Assembly (NCBI RefSeq): GCF_900289195.1 | Contig: NZ_OMOH01000003.1 | Coordinates: 120,001 to 152,000, forward strand | Length of the DNA: 32,000 bases | Source: Propionibacterium ruminifibrarum | Lineage (GTDB): Bacteria; Actinomycetota; Actinomycetes; Propionibacteriales; Propionibacteriaceae | Direction: 5' to 3' | Shown: piece after piece, positions 16,588-24,697 of the stretch | Layout: the number at the start of each line of letters is the position of its first letter | Position numbering within the stretch: position 1 is the first letter of the stretch | The notes under the pieces: model-generated | Seen by the model: only the letters and a program-made list of their open reading frames with translations | What the model was told of the DNA's origin: nothing | Database searches by the model: none | Made by a program: the position numbers and the translations under genes

Positions 16588-17571
16588 ATGAGAGCCCTGC
16601 TGCTCGATGCCCCAGGAGGCCCGGAGACGCTGCGCGTCGGCGAGGCCGACGAACCTGTTCCCGGCCCCGGCCGGGTGCTGGTCCGCGTGCACGCCTGCGG
16701 CCTCAACCCGGTCGACTGGAAGGTCGCCTCGGGCGGCAACCCGGACTGGTCCTGGCCGCACATCCTCGGGCTGGACGTCGCCGGGACCGTCGAGGCCCTC
16801 GGCGAGGGCGTGAGCGGCGTGGCACCAGGCCAGCGGGTCGCTCTGCACCACGACCTGCGCCGTCCCGGCGGCATGGCCGAACTGGTCGTCGTCGACCCCG
16901 TGGCGCTCGCCCCCATCCCCGATGCCGTGAGCTTCCAGGACGCCGCCGCCCTGCCGTGCGCGGGCATGACCGGTTACCAGGCCCTCACGCGTCGGCTGCA
17001 CCTGCACGCCGGGCAGAGCCTTCTCGTCACCGGCATCGGCGGTGTCGGCGGCTACGCCGTCCAGGTAGCCGCCCGCCTCGGCGTCCACGTCATCGTCACC
17101 GCCTCCGCCGCCAAGCACGCCGAGGCCCTTGCCCTCGGCGCCGAGCACGTCATCGACTACGCGGGCGGCGACGTCGTCGCCCGCGTGCGCGAGCTGACCG
17201 ACGGACGCGGGGTCGACGCGGTGCTCGACACCGTCTCGGCCGCCTCGGCCACGGCGAACCTGGGTGCGCTGGCCTTCAATGGCGGTCTCGCCTTCACCAA
17301 CGGCCGTCCCGATCTGACGACCGTGCCCGAGTTCACCACCGCCCCGTCGGTGCACGAGATCTCGCTCGGCGCCGCGTACTCGTCCGGTGGCTCGGAGGCC
17401 CGCGCCGACCTGTCGGCGATGCTCGGTGAGCTCATGGCGCTCGTCGCCGAGGGCTCGCTCGGCGCGCGTATCGCCGACACGCTGAGCCTCGGCGAGGTGC
17501 CGCAGGGGTATGCCCGCATCGAGAACGGGCACATGGCCGGCAAGCTGGTCATGGTCGATCCCTGGGCCTGA
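16588..17571 (+). CDS. Zinc-type MDR oxidoreductase, NADPH:quinone oxidoreductase-like
   Basis: Track ORF trimmed to the ATG at 16588 (GAAGGAGA RBS). MRALLLDAPGGPETLRVGEADEPVPGPGRVLVRVHACGLNPVDWK and the GIGGVGGYAVQVA Rossmann motif are typical of quinone oxidoreductase (Qor) family proteins. Confidence 0.87.
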   Translation: MRALLLDAPGGPETLRVGEADEPVPGPGRVLVRVHACGLNPVDWKVASGGNPDWSWPHILGLDVAGTVEALGEGVSGVAPGQRVALHHDLRRPGGMAELVVVDPVALAPIPDAVSFQDAAALPCAGMTGYQALTRRLHLHAGQSLLVTGIGGVGGYAVQVAARLGVHVIVTASAAKHAEALALGAEHVIDYAGGDVVARVRELTDGRGVDAVLDTVSAASATANLGALAFNGGLAFTNGRPDLTTVPEFTTAPSVHEISLGAAYSSGGSEARADLSAMLGELMALVAEGSLGARIADTLSLGEVPQGYARIENGHMAGKLVMVDPWA

Positions 17572-17608
17572 CGGCAGGCGCGGCGGCCCTGCCGGGCAGC
17601 GCCGTCAG
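17568..17608. terminator. GC-rich nested inverted repeats between convergent genes
   Basis: CTGACGGC (17568-17575) pairs with GCCGTCAG (17601-17608). Inner CGGCAGG (17572-17578) pairs with CCTGCCG (17588-17594). Overlaps both stop codons. Function inferred from position only. Confidence 0.35.
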
Positions 17609-19971
17609 AGGTGTTTGACCAGCAGGTACACGAGCAGGGCCATGCCGCCGAACGGGGTCAGGGCCGAGGCCCAGGCCGCCAGGTCGAGGGCGCTGCGGTG
17701 GGGTTGCTGGGCCTGTGGTGTGGGCGAGGACGTCGGGTCCTGAGAGGACGACGCCGAAGGGTTGTTGCCCGGGACCTGTGAGGGGCCCTGACCGGTGCTC
17801 GGGGCCGCCGTGGTCGGGTTCGCCAGATCATGAGGGCCCGGCGCCGCGTCCGAGTGCTGGGCCTCACCGGCGTCGGTGGCCGTGGTCGGCTGCGTGTCCT
17901 GTTCGGCGGGCGTCTCGGCCCGGTCGGCGGAGTCCTGCTCGGCCGGGGCCGCGTCGTCGGGCGATGCCTGCTCGGTGGCCGGTGCCGCGGACTGGTCCTT
18001 CGCCGAGGTGCCGGGCTGGTCGCCCTGCCATGCGGCGTTCACCAGGGCGCCGCGGTCCGGGCTCTGGGCACTCACGCCGAGCAGGTCGGCGACGGCGGCG
18101 GGCAGATCAGTGCCACTGCCCCTGGCCGGCGAGTCCTCCGACAGGCGCAGATCCGAACTCGCCCACGCCGTGACCTGCTCGGACTCGTGAACGAACAGCG
18201 GGTTCTCAGCGGCCGTGCCGTGCAGGTCGAGCCCATGGGCCTCCTTGCCCAGCGTCGTCACCAGCGGGCTCGCGGTGAAGTCGGACAGGTTCTCGGCGTT
18301 GACGTTCTTGTCGGGCCCCGTCCACAGCACCGTGGTGTTGGGCACATCGCTGCTCTTGTCGCGGTAGTAGACGTTGTGGTCGATACCGGCGACCATCTGG
18401 TTGGCCCAGACCGGGTTGCCCTGGTTGTCGTCGGCGTGACCGACGAACTGCACCGTCGGCGAGTAGTGCCACGGGTCGTCGGGGCCGGAGAGGGTCTCGG
18501 AGGAGAAGATGTTGTTGTAGAGCGTCGTATCGGTAGTGTCCCAGCTCAGGCCGTGCTCGATGCTCCAGGACTCCTCCTGCAGGCAGTTGCCGTCGCCGGC
18601 CCGCTTGTTGCAGCCGCTGGTGCGGCCGTCCTCGTAGGCGTCGATCGAGGTGCGGGCGTGCGAGATCGTGTTGTTCCACACCTGCGTGTGGTCCGAGCCC
18701 GCGATCACGATGGCGCTGCCGGCGCCATTGACGATGTTCGACGCGATGGTCGTTGCCGAGGAGACCTCGGCGATGATCGCCTTTTTCGTGTTGACGAAGT
18801 AGTTCGCGGCGATCGTGGAGTTGATCATGCCCTCGTCGAGCCACAGCGCCGGCTGTCCGCCCGTGCTTCCGGGCTGGGAGCGGTCGGGCGCCCCCGCGTA
18901 GTCGAAGGTGTTGAACGAGAAGGTGACGTTCTCGGAGTGCGTCGCCTTGAGGTCACCGATCGTGCAGTAGGCCCCGCAGTCCGCCAGCGACATCTCGCCG
19001 CGGTTGTTGTCGTACCAGCTGTTGTTCGTGATGGTCACGCCGTGCGACGTGTTGATGCCCAGGCCCCCGGCCGCGTTGCGCGCGAAGGTGTTGCCGCTGA
19101 CGGTGGCACTGGTGGCATCGCTGAGGTCGAGCGCGGTACCCATGCCCGAGTGGCTGAACGTCGCGTTCCGGTAGGTGTTGTCCGTGCCGTGCATCATGAC
19201 CATCTCGGCCCCGGTGGAGGTGCCGATCTCGGGATCGGCGTAGTCCCAGCGTTGGACGGGGGAGTACTTGGTGACATCGAGGCCGTCGACGACGATGCCG
19301 TCACCGCTGAGGGTCAGTGCCCGAGAGTGCTGGGTGATCTCGACGGTGTGCCCGGTGGGATCGGAACCGAGCACGTAGCTGACGCCTCGGTGCGGGGCCG
19401 CGTTGAAACCGCCCCAGCTGTTGCCCTCCTGCTTGAGGGTGACCGGCTGCGGGTCGTCGACGAAGAAGGTGCCCGGTTTCAGCTCGTCCCTGCTGAGCAC
19501 CTGGGTCTGCTCGACGCCGTCGATGAAGACCTGCTCGGGATGGGCCGCTGCCCCCAGGCGCGCCGGGTCGGGATCGGTGGTGCACACGTCGCAGAAACGC
19601 ACCTTGTCGTGCGGGGTGGACCAGGTGCCGTCCCCGGACGCCGTCCAGTCGGTGACGACATCGGCCCCGTTGAGCGTCGCCTTGCCCGCTCCGTCGGCGG
19701 AGACGATCGTCACCTGCTTCCTCACGACGAGTTCGCCCTCCCGGTAGTCGCCGTCGGCCAACTCGATGGTGTCGCCGTCCCCGGCCGCCTCGAGCGCTGC
19801 GCCGAGGGTGCGCAGGGGCGCCTGCGCGCTGCCCGCGTTCGAGTCGTCGCCGGAGACCGACGAGACATGAATGGTCGTGGTGCCACCAGGGGCGGCGGTA
19901 GCGGCGGGCACGTGGAGGCCGAGTAGCAGTAATGGGAGGGCGCACAGGGTGGTGGTTCGCAGGCGACGCAT
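17605..19971 (-). CDS. Secreted right-handed parallel beta-helix repeat protein with Pro/Ser/Thr/Ala-rich stalk and C-terminal hydrophobic anchor
   Basis: 788 aa. Signal peptide MRRLRTTTLCALPLLLLGLHVPAATA-AP. Beta-helix-type repeats (SGNTFARNAAGGLGINTSHGVTITNNSWYDNN, NNTISHARTSIDAY). About 170 aa of low-complexity acidic/PT-rich C-terminal region. Final ALTPFGGMALLVYLLVKHL. Confidence 0.85.
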   Translation of the reverse strand: MRRLRTTTLCALPLLLLGLHVPAATAAPGGTTTIHVSSVSGDDSNAGSAQAPLRTLGAALEAAGDGDTIELADGDYREGELVVRKQVTIVSADGAGKATLNGADVVTDWTASGDGTWSTPHDKVRFCDVCTTDPDPARLGAAAHPEQVFIDGVEQTQVLSRDELKPGTFFVDDPQPVTLKQEGNSWGGFNAAPHRGVSYVLGSDPTGHTVEITQHSRALTLSGDGIVVDGLDVTKYSPVQRWDYADPEIGTSTGAEMVMMHGTDNTYRNATFSHSGMGTALDLSDATSATVSGNTFARNAAGGLGINTSHGVTITNNSWYDNNRGEMSLADCGAYCTIGDLKATHSENVTFSFNTFDYAGAPDRSQPGSTGGQPALWLDEGMINSTIAANYFVNTKKAIIAEVSSATTIASNIVNGAGSAIVIAGSDHTQVWNNTISHARTSIDAYEDGRTSGCNKRAGDGNCLQEESWSIEHGLSWDTTDTTLYNNIFSSETLSGPDDPWHYSPTVQFVGHADDNQGNPVWANQMVAGIDHNVYYRDKSSDVPNTTVLWTGPDKNVNAENLSDFTASPLVTTLGKEAHGLDLHGTAAENPLFVHESEQVTAWASSDLRLSEDSPARGSGTDLPAAVADLLGVSAQSPDRGALVNAAWQGDQPGTSAKDQSAAPATEQASPDDAAPAEQDSADRAETPAEQDTQPTTATDAGEAQHSDAAPGPHDLANPTTAAPSTGQGPSQVPGNNPSASSSQDPTSSPTPQAQQPHRSALDLAAWASALTPFGGMALLVYLLVKHL

Positions 19972-20375
19972 CGGTGAGTTCCTGTTCGAGGCAGGGGTGG
20001 GTGGCCCCCTCAGAGTACGCGAATCTGAGTTTTCTGTGAGACGGTTCCCGGCGGGGAGGATGTGCCCAAGGCTTCCCCCTCGGCACCTGGGCGAGAAGCA
20101 TTCAAGCTAGCCACGATCTGAATTCGCCACGGCCAGGGGTGGGACTCGGTGACCTGCTTCAGGGTATTCCCTGAGGCGTGAAAGAACTGTGCTCGGGATT
20201 CGGCAAGGGTGTTTTCCCGGGTATGCCTGGGCCCTCCCGCAGTCGAGAACTCATGGTGTCGGGTGAATCGGCTGGCTGTTCCTTGCCTCAGCCGATTCTC
20301 GCGAAGTCGCTGGCCCCGTTCGTCCTGCGGTTGTCGGGTGTCTGTTCACGCAGACCGCAGGCCGGATGTGACGAT

Positions 20376-20411
20376 GCCCTCCGGGAAGCGCTGAAACGCC
20401 TGCCGGAGGGC
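20376..20411 (-). terminator. Hairpin immediately 3' of tRNA-Ser
   Basis: GCCCTCCGG (20376-20384) pairs with CCGGAGGGC (20403-20411), 2 nt beyond the tRNA CCA end on the minus strand. No U-tract. A second 10-bp inverted repeat, GAATCGGCTG / CAGCCGATTC, lies at 20265-20298. Confidence 0.35.
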
Positions 20412-20413
20412 GG

Positions 20414-20501
20414 TGGCGGAGGATACGAGATTCGAACTCGTGAGGGCGTGAACCCAACCCGCTTTCCAAGCGAGCGCCATAGGCCTCTAGGCGAATCCTC
20501 C
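20414..20501 (-). tRNA. tRNA-Ser (anticodon GGA), encoded CCA end
   Basis: Minus strand: GGAGGAT acceptor stem, D arm, anticodon stem CTCGC/GCGGG with loop TTGGAAA (GGA), long variable arm, T arm ACGAG-TTCGAAT-CTCGT, ATCCTCC-G-CCA. 88 nt. Confidence 0.92.
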
Positions 20502-20688
20502 GCCCGAGAGCTTAGCGCCTCGGCGGTGCCCGGGCCAACCGGTCCCGCGAGCTGTGCCCTGCCGCACGTGGGACGTCGGACGTGCGGATGCGGGTGCAGT
20601 GCCCGTGGTCGCCACTGCGAGAACGGCTTGAGCAGGCGCTCCCACATGCTGCCGCGGTGGCGTCGGCCGGGGCGGTGCGCGGCACAAT

Positions 20689-21969
20689 GTGCAGGTGAGC
20701 ACCATGGACATGAACCAACTGGCCACTATGGTCGACGAGGCCGCCGACTGCCTCAAGGACGTCGCCGTCGAGACCCCGTTGCAGTACGACGAGCGTCTTT
20801 CGCTGGCCACCGGCTGCAAGGTCTGGCTCAAGCGCGAGGACCTTCAGCCCGTCCGCAGCTACAAGCTCCGCGGTGCCTACACCTTCATCTCGCAGCTCTC
20901 CGAGTCCCAGCGCGCCGCGGGTGTCATCGCGGCATCGGCGGGCAACCACGGGCAGGGCGTCGCCTGGTCGTGCGCCAGGCTCCAGATCAAGGGCACCGTC
21001 TACGTGCCCAGCACCACGCCCCGCCAGAAGCGCGACCGCATCCGCTTCTTCGGCGGCGACTACGTCGACCTCGTCGTCGGCGGCGAGACCTACGACCTGG
21101 CCGCCGCCGCTGCTGCGGCGGAGGCCGAGCGCACCGGTGCGACCATGGTGCCCGCCTTCAACGACCCCCGTACGGCCTCGGGTCAGGGCACCGTGGCCCG
21201 CGAGGTCTTCAGCCAGCTCGGGCATGTGCCCGATGCCCTCGTCATCCCGGTCGGCGGCGGCGGCCTCATGGCGGGCTGCGGCGCCTGGACGCGGGTCAAC
21301 CACCCGGGCGTGCGTCTCATCGGCGTCGAGCCGGCCGGTGCGCGCTGCATGGCCGCCGCCATGTACGAGGGGCACCCGGTCACCCTCGATCGTGTCGACA
21401 GCTTCGTCGACGGCGCCGCGGTGGCCAGGGCCGGTGACTTCACTTTCTCGATGACGCGCCTGATCAGCCCCGAACTGCTGGCCGTGCCAGAGGGGCAGGT
21501 CTGCTCCGAGATGCTCAACCTCTACCAGGTCGACGGCATCATCGCCGAGCCGGCCGGCGCCCTCGCCTCGGCCGCGCTGAGCAACAGGCGGGTCGACGTC
21601 TCGGCCCAGCTGGAGCCCGGCCAGGAGGTCGTCGCGATCGTCTCGGGCGGCAACAACGACGTCTCCCGCTACGCCGAGGTGATCGAACGCTCAGGCGTCC
21701 ACGAGGGCCGCCGCCGCTACTTCCTGGTGAACTTCCCGCAGGAGCCCGGTGCGCTGCGACGCTTCCTCAACGACGTGCTCGGGCCCGACGACGACATCAT
21801 CGTCTTCGAGTACACGAAACGGTCCAACCGCGAGACCGGGCCCGCCCTCGTCGGCATCGAGCTCGGCGACCCGGCCAGCTACCGGTCGCTGCTGGCCCGC
21901 ATCGACGGCTCGCCGCTCAAGGTCGAGGTGCTCGAACCCGACACGGCGATCTACCGCATGCTCGTCTGA
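20689..21969 (+). CDS. ilvA: Threonine ammonia-lyase (threonine dehydratase), biosynthetic type with one C-terminal regulatory domain
   Basis: 426 aa. ETPLQYDERLS...REDLQPVRSYKLRGAY (PLP lysine motif), SAGNHGQGVA, GGGGL. C-terminal ACT-like region RRYFLVNFPQEPGALRRFL. The start at 20689 is GTG; the ATG at 20704 is an alternative. Confidence 0.92.
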   Translation: MQVSTMDMNQLATMVDEAADCLKDVAVETPLQYDERLSLATGCKVWLKREDLQPVRSYKLRGAYTFISQLSESQRAAGVIAASAGNHGQGVAWSCARLQIKGTVYVPSTTPRQKRDRIRFFGGDYVDLVVGGETYDLAAAAAAAEAERTGATMVPAFNDPRTASGQGTVAREVFSQLGHVPDALVIPVGGGGLMAGCGAWTRVNHPGVRLIGVEPAGARCMAAAMYEGHPVTLDRVDSFVDGAAVARAGDFTFSMTRLISPELLAVPEGQVCSEMLNLYQVDGIIAEPAGALASAALSNRRVDVSAQLEPGQEVVAIVSGGNNDVSRYAEVIERSGVHEGRRRYFLVNFPQEPGALRRFLNDVLGPDDDIIVFEYTKRSNRETGPALVGIELGDPASYRSLLARIDGSPLKVEVLEPDTAIYRMLV

Positions 21970-22092
21970 GGGCCGGGGCCGGGCCCAGCGCCGTGGGTTC
22001 TGCCTGAAGGAAGGGTCCGTGACCGCGGGTCATGCCGGCCGAGTCCGCGCCGCGGGCGCCCAGCGGGCACTGGCCCCGTGTCCGCCGAGACG

Positions 22093-22190
22093 AAAAGGGG
22101 CCTCCCGCGCACCCGGAAGAGCTCACTTACCCTTGCTGCCTTCCGACCCTGGGGGAGTTGGGTGAGGTACCGCCGCGCGAGAGACCTTGC
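22093..22190 (-). ncRNA. ffs: Signal recognition particle RNA (small bacterial 4.5S type)
   Basis: Minus strand reads CCCCC-AGG-GUC-GGAA-GGC-AGCA-AGGG. This is the helix-8 layout of E. coli 4.5S (AGG-UCC-GGAA-GGA-AGCA). 12-bp closing helix GGUCUCUCGCGC / GCGCGGGAGGCC followed by UUUU. TAGAGT -10-like hexamer at 22201..22196. Ends are approximate. Confidence 0.65.
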
Positions 22191-22484
22191 GCCCTACTCT
22201 AGCCGGACGACGCGCTGCACCGAAGCGGGGGCACTGGCTTCAGTGTCCCGGCCCGGCCGAGCAGATTCACGGCTCGGCGCAGGGCGAGGCCGGGCTTCGC
22301 GGGTTGCGGGGCCATGGGCTGTGCACCGTGGTCACACCACGGGTGCCGGGTCTGCTTGGTGCGGGGCGCCGGTGCCGTCGGCGGATTCACCTGGGTCACC
22401 CCGCGCTTGGCGGGCCAGCTATTGTTACAGTCCACTTGTAATTAATAGTTCCGGTGGCCCGACCACCCTGCGAAGGAGACCGAT

Positions 22485-22745
22485 ATGGCAGACCTGCCGA
22501 TCACCGAGACACACGATCACGAGCCCGAACTCGACGCCACCCAGATCCCGCACGAGATCCGCCACGCCGCCATCCTCGGCGCGCTGCAGGGCCTTGGCGT
22601 GGGTGGCTCGATGATTCTCGCCGCCCCGCACGACCCGCTGCCGCTGCTCGCCCAGATCGACGGCGCCTGGCCGGACGTCTTCGCACGCGAGTACGTCCAG
22701 GAGGGGCCCGACGTCTGGAAGATCCGCTTCACCCGCCAGGTGTGA
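22485..22745 (+). CDS. DUF2249 domain protein
   Basis: 86 aa with a GAAGGAGA RBS. LDATQIPHEIRHAAILGALQGLGVGGSMILAAPHDPLPLLAQIDGAWPDVFAREYVQEGPDVWKIRFTR matches the DUF2249 pattern as recalled (PP..RH..I...L..G..L.L..DHDP.PL...L......F...YLE.GPE.W.V.I.R). Confidence 0.82.
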   Translation: MADLPITETHDHEPELDATQIPHEIRHAAILGALQGLGVGGSMILAAPHDPLPLLAQIDGAWPDVFAREYVQEGPDVWKIRFTRQV

Positions 22746-22748
22746 CCC

Positions 22749-23435
22749 ATGATCGACGATCCTCACGCCAACAGGACCGCAGGGGCCGACCGGGAGCCGG
22801 GCGCGGTACGCGAGCGCGTCCTGTCGGCCCTGGTCCGGGCGGGCGGTCCGCTGTCCATCGACGACATCGCCGCCAGCATGGACGTGCACCCCAACACGGT
22901 GCGTTTCCACCTCAACCACCTCACCGACGAGGGGATCGTCGAGGCCACCAAGGCCACCGCCTCCGGGCGGGGCCGCCCCCGCATGCTCTACACGGCAACC
23001 GACAAGGCCTTCAGCGCCGGACCCCAGAACGACCGGCTGCTCGCCGACGTCTTCATGCACCACTTCGCCAGCCGGCACACCGGGGCGCTCGGCGCGGCCG
23101 CCGAACGCGCCGGGCGCGAGTGGGCCGAACAGGCGCTCGACGAACGGCCCGTCGTCCCCGGGGGCGACGACGTGGCCCGCCTGGTGGGGCTGCTCGACGC
23201 GTGGGGCTTCTCCCCGGTGCTCGTCGAGGGTTCCGGCGACGAGCGGACCATCGAGTTGTGCGGCTGCCCGTTCATCCACGAGGTCGAGCAGCTCCCGGGT
23301 GTCGTCTGCCCGGTGCACCGGGGCATCGCCGCCGGGGTCCTCGCGCGACTCGGCGGCACGTGGCGGGTGGCCGAGCTGACGCCGCACAGCTCGCCCGGCA
23401 GGTGCTCGCTCACCTGCTGCCTGGCCGATGGCTGA
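22749..23435 (+). CDS. Winged-helix (ArsR/MarR-like) transcriptional regulator with Cys/His-rich C-terminal sensor-like domain
   Basis: 228 aa. wHTH segment LSIDDIAASMDVHPNTVRFHLNHLTDEGIVEA. C-terminal ELCGCPFIHE...VVCPVHRGIAAG...GRCSLTCCLADG. Starts 4 nt after the DUF2249 stop. Confidence 0.82.
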   Translation: MIDDPHANRTAGADREPGAVRERVLSALVRAGGPLSIDDIAASMDVHPNTVRFHLNHLTDEGIVEATKATASGRGRPRMLYTATDKAFSAGPQNDRLLADVFMHHFASRHTGALGAAAERAGREWAEQALDERPVVPGGDDVARLVGLLDAWGFSPVLVEGSGDERTIELCGCPFIHEVEQLPGVVCPVHRGIAAGVLARLGGTWRVAELTPHSSPGRCSLTCCLADG

Positions 23436-23479
23436 GGCGCCCCCCGAACCCGTCCACCCACGACCCACGAAAGGGCACC

Positions 23480-24697
23480 ATGCCGCAGGCCCCGTCCGCA
23501 CCAGCAGAGCCGAGGCAGGGGCGAGCCCCTGCCGGCCAGCTGCGCCGCGTCCTGTTCCTCATCCCGTGCGGGCTGTCCATGCTCATGGGCCTGGACGCCG
23601 CGCTGGCCCTGCTCGACCTGCCCGCCCCGCTCAGCGGGGAGCGCTTCACGAGCGGCCACGGCATGCTCATGGTCATCGGTTTCGTCGGCGCCCTCGTGAG
23701 CCTGGAGCGTTCGGTCTCGATCAAGCGCTGGTGGGCCTATGCCGCGCCCGTCGCCATGGCCCTCGGCTCGCTGCTCACCCTCGTCGCGCCGCTGCCGGTG
23801 CGGGCCGGCAGAGCCGTCATGGTTGCCGGCTGCCTCGCCATGTGCGCGAACTACGTCGTGCTGTGGCGCCGCAACCGGGAACCACTCGTCGCCGTCCAGA
23901 TCGGCGGCGGCATCTCGGCCCTGTGCGCGACGATCGTGTGGCTCGGCGGCGTGCCGATTCCCAGCTTCATCGCCCTGCTCATCTCGTTCCTGGCGCTGAC
24001 GGTCATCGCCGAACGCCTCGACCTGTCGCGCATCGGCCAGCTCGCGTGGACGCCCCGGCGCCGCCGGCTGCACGAGGACGCGCTCGTGCTCCTCGCCGTG
24101 CTCGCCGTCCTGGCCGGGGCGGCCACGGTGACGTGGCCCGCCGTCGCCCTGCCCTGCTACGGGCTCGTGCTCATCGCCCTGTCGGTGCAGTCGGCCTCGG
24201 GCGACGTGGCGCGCCGGGGCATCACGGTGCCCGGCCCCAACCGGTTCATGTCGGTCATGATCCTGGCCGGCTACGGCTGGCTCGTCGTCACGGGCCTGAT
24301 GCTGCTGCGTCCGGCCCTGTCGGGGCTGCGGTACGACGCGACCCTGCACGCCGTCTTCCTCGGCTTCATCATGTCGATGGTCGCCGCCCACGCCTCGACG
24401 ATCCTGCCCGGCCTGCTGGGCATCCGGATGCGATTCGTCTCCGGGTTCTGGGGCGTCGGCCTGGTGCTGCACCTCAGCCTGGTCGTGCGGATCGCCGCCG
24501 ACCTGGCCGACTCGCAGTCCTGGCGCCAGGTGGGCGGCCTGGGCAACATCGCCGCGATGCTCGGCCTCGTCGCCGTGGCCATCTGGTCGGCGACGACGAA
24601 GGACGCCGCCGAGGCCGAACAGCGGCCCCCTCGCCCCGCCGCGCAGGACGGCCCCGGCATCCCGCTCACCACGACGAGCCCGAGGACGAACCCATGA
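23480..24697 (+). CDS. Polytopic membrane protein (about 10-12 TM), possibly NnrS-like
   Basis: Track ORF 22454..24697 trimmed to the first ATG after the regulator (23480). 405 aa of mostly hydrophobic helices with intramembrane His residues (SGHGMLMV, TLHAVFLGFIMSMVAAHAS). The stop overlaps the next start (ATGA). The NnrS assignment is a weak recollection. Confidence 0.72.
   Translation: MPQAPSAPAEPRQGRAPAGQLRRVLFLIPCGLSMLMGLDAALALLDLPAPLSGERFTSGHGMLMVIGFVGALVSLERSVSIKRWWAYAAPVAMALGSLLTLVAPLPVRAGRAVMVAGCLAMCANYVVLWRRNREPLVAVQIGGGISALCATIVWLGGVPIPSFIALLISFLALTVIAERLDLSRIGQLAWTPRRRRLHEDALVLLAVLAVLAGAATVTWPAVALPCYGLVLIALSVQSASGDVARRGITVPGPNRFMSVMILAGYGWLVVTGLMLLRPALSGLRYDATLHAVFLGFIMSMVAAHASTILPGLLGIRMRFVSGFWGVGLVLHLSLVVRIAADLADSQSWRQVGGLGNIAAMLGLVAVAIWSATTKDAAEAEQRPPRPAAQDGPGIPLTTTSPRTNP

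Noticed and set aside
17605-17700. Sortase (LPXTG/LAXTG) sorting signal at the C-terminus of the beta-helix protein
   Set aside because: The motif is absent. Only a hydrophobic helix plus KH tail is present, so it is reported as a non-canonical anchor rather than a sortase substrate.
20414-20501. tRNA-Ser as a possible genomic-island integration site (the beta-helix gene lies on its 3' side)
   Set aside because: I found no second copy of the tRNA 3' end (…gattcgaactcgtgagg…) anywhere in the window. There is no integrase and no clear GC shift in the adjacent genes.
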